A stretch of 64,000 bases of DNA from Blasia pusilla (Eukaryota), in contig CM114271.1 of the NCBI GenBank assembly GCA_050084515.1, positions 28,396,001 to 28,460,000 on the forward strand. The letters run 5' to 3'. Of the stretch, positions 62,512 through 64,000 are shown in pieces. The position numbers and the translations under genes are program-made. Positions within the stretch are counted from its first letter, which is position 1, and every line of letters starts with the position of its first letter. The notes under the pieces are model-generated. The model ran no database searches, had not been told where the DNA came from, and was given only the letters and a program-made list of their open reading frames with translations.

Positions 62512-64000
62512 GTATTGGCAAGTCATTCGCTATTGCATGCAATTCCTGTAGTTATATTCTGAGTGCAACATGGTCCACTTCAGGCAGTGTAAATTTAGCA
62601 GAAGATTGGGTGAAGTATTATAGTAAGGAAGGTAGGATAGAGGATGTGTTCCTCAAGTATTGACATTTTCAATGATAGAAATAATCCAAGTTATCCTAGT
62701 TACTATTGGTTCTCTTCCAACTTGGAATGAGTTGGGGTTTCATGCACTTTCAAGTAAATGAAGGTTTTCTTCAAGTACTGTAATCCAAAGCTCAGTCAAA
62801 AGCAATAAGAAAATGGTGGTTTAACAGCTATTGTGCTCAGAGTAATAGGTATGTGCATGATACACGTTGTTTAGACACAACTCATTGCATGGACATGCTA
62901 GAGTACTCATTTTAGCAAAAAAGTCCCTTTCAAGCAATGGGAGATTAGCTCCAAAGCGAGCACACACATACAACAAGCTAGGGCAGGGGAAAGGGTAAGA
63001 TTCCTGCAAGCCCCCTATCCAGATTTGGATGAGGCATCTAGGGTTCTTCAATGGAACCTTGGTTTTTGTAGTTTACTTAGACTAGAACAAAGTTCTATAT
63101 TTCCTAGCAGCAACCTAGCAATCAGAACAAAAACACACAGATACTACCCCTAAGGGCAAGTCTACCAACATACCTTAATGTAGCTACACCTTTTGACTAG
63201 AACGTCAATTACACTTCAAAATACTTGCACGAAAAAATATCCAAATAAGTAAATAAGATCCAAATAACTAACCAGATGGTAAGGGGGTAGTGACACCGAT
63301 AGTTGGCCTTGCATGAAGAGATTTGCAGTAACAGATGCGAGAAGAAAGCAGAATAATGTACAAAAATTCTTATTGCAGTGTTGAATACTTAGGCAATGCT
63401 GGATAGTAAAACAAACACTTGTATTCAGTGAGATAGAAGGACATAATGGAATTGATAAGAGAAAATTCAGACATAAACAAAAATTCCTGCATAGTAGACC
63501 TTGGGCAGTAGCAGAAATATTGGTCCAACTCCCGAAAAATTGACTCAAAATGTGGAGCTCTAAATGTACAACTTGAAGTTCGCTTAGGTTCACTAGAGCA
63601 ACGAAAGTAAAAAAGTTTGGCTTAAAAAATGTCGCAGGATTCAAATGGCGAAGGACTTGCTATTGGCAGAGCGGGAGATTTTCCTTGAATCCGACAGGAA
63701 GACAAATTAATTTGCACCATATAGCACATTATATCAGATAAACCTTTAGATACAATCTTAACGATCACTAAAGAGTAATAACCCAGTGAATAGCACAATG
63801 GATTCCCTTGATTTCTCTTAGGACTCTAAGAGCCTTTGCCCAATGCTATAGTCATTTGCGACTTCCCTCATCCATTGCCCCAAAATTTCAAGGGCTTAGA
63901 AGAATGGTGGTTATCAAGGTATGGTTAGGGCTACTCAAAGCCCTACTTAGAAATCCTTGTGACAACGGGTGATAATTGGCATGACGATCATTTTGCTCAC

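Noticed and set aside
62520-64000. ORFs 62821-63051 and 63216-63644 as genes
   Set aside because: No recognisable domain; composition fits chance ORFs in degenerate repeat DNA.

Overview
Eukaryotic, almost certainly plant, heterochromatin-like window made up almost entirely of decayed, nested transposable elements. A non-seed land-plant lineage is my guess, not a determination. I see no intact host gene, rRNA, tRNA or CRISPR array. From left to right: (i) a minus-strand Helitron (3' end at 1237; most of its helicase deleted) lying head-to-head with a full-length plus-strand Helitron (7422-25801); (ii) a Ty3/Gypsy element (14878-23410, minus) inserted in that second Helitron; (iii) a five-level nest from about 32040 to 60870, in which a Helitron2-like Rep/PIF1 remnant contains a CACTA remnant, which contains a minus-strand Copia, which contains both a plus-strand Copia with a perfect TSD and a second copy of the Gypsy family (39605-53258), whose left repeat holds a LINE fragment; (iv) a solo LTR at 61511-62511. 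The main observation concerns the Gypsy family. Both copies encode a DNMT3-like C5-cytosine DNA methyltransferase between protease and reverse transcriptase, in frame with RT in the plus copy, and a PHD finger at the integrase C-terminus. The family also appears to have non-canonical split terminal repeats (A ... B-AC-A-B). All domain calls come from recognising motifs by eye; no database search was run.
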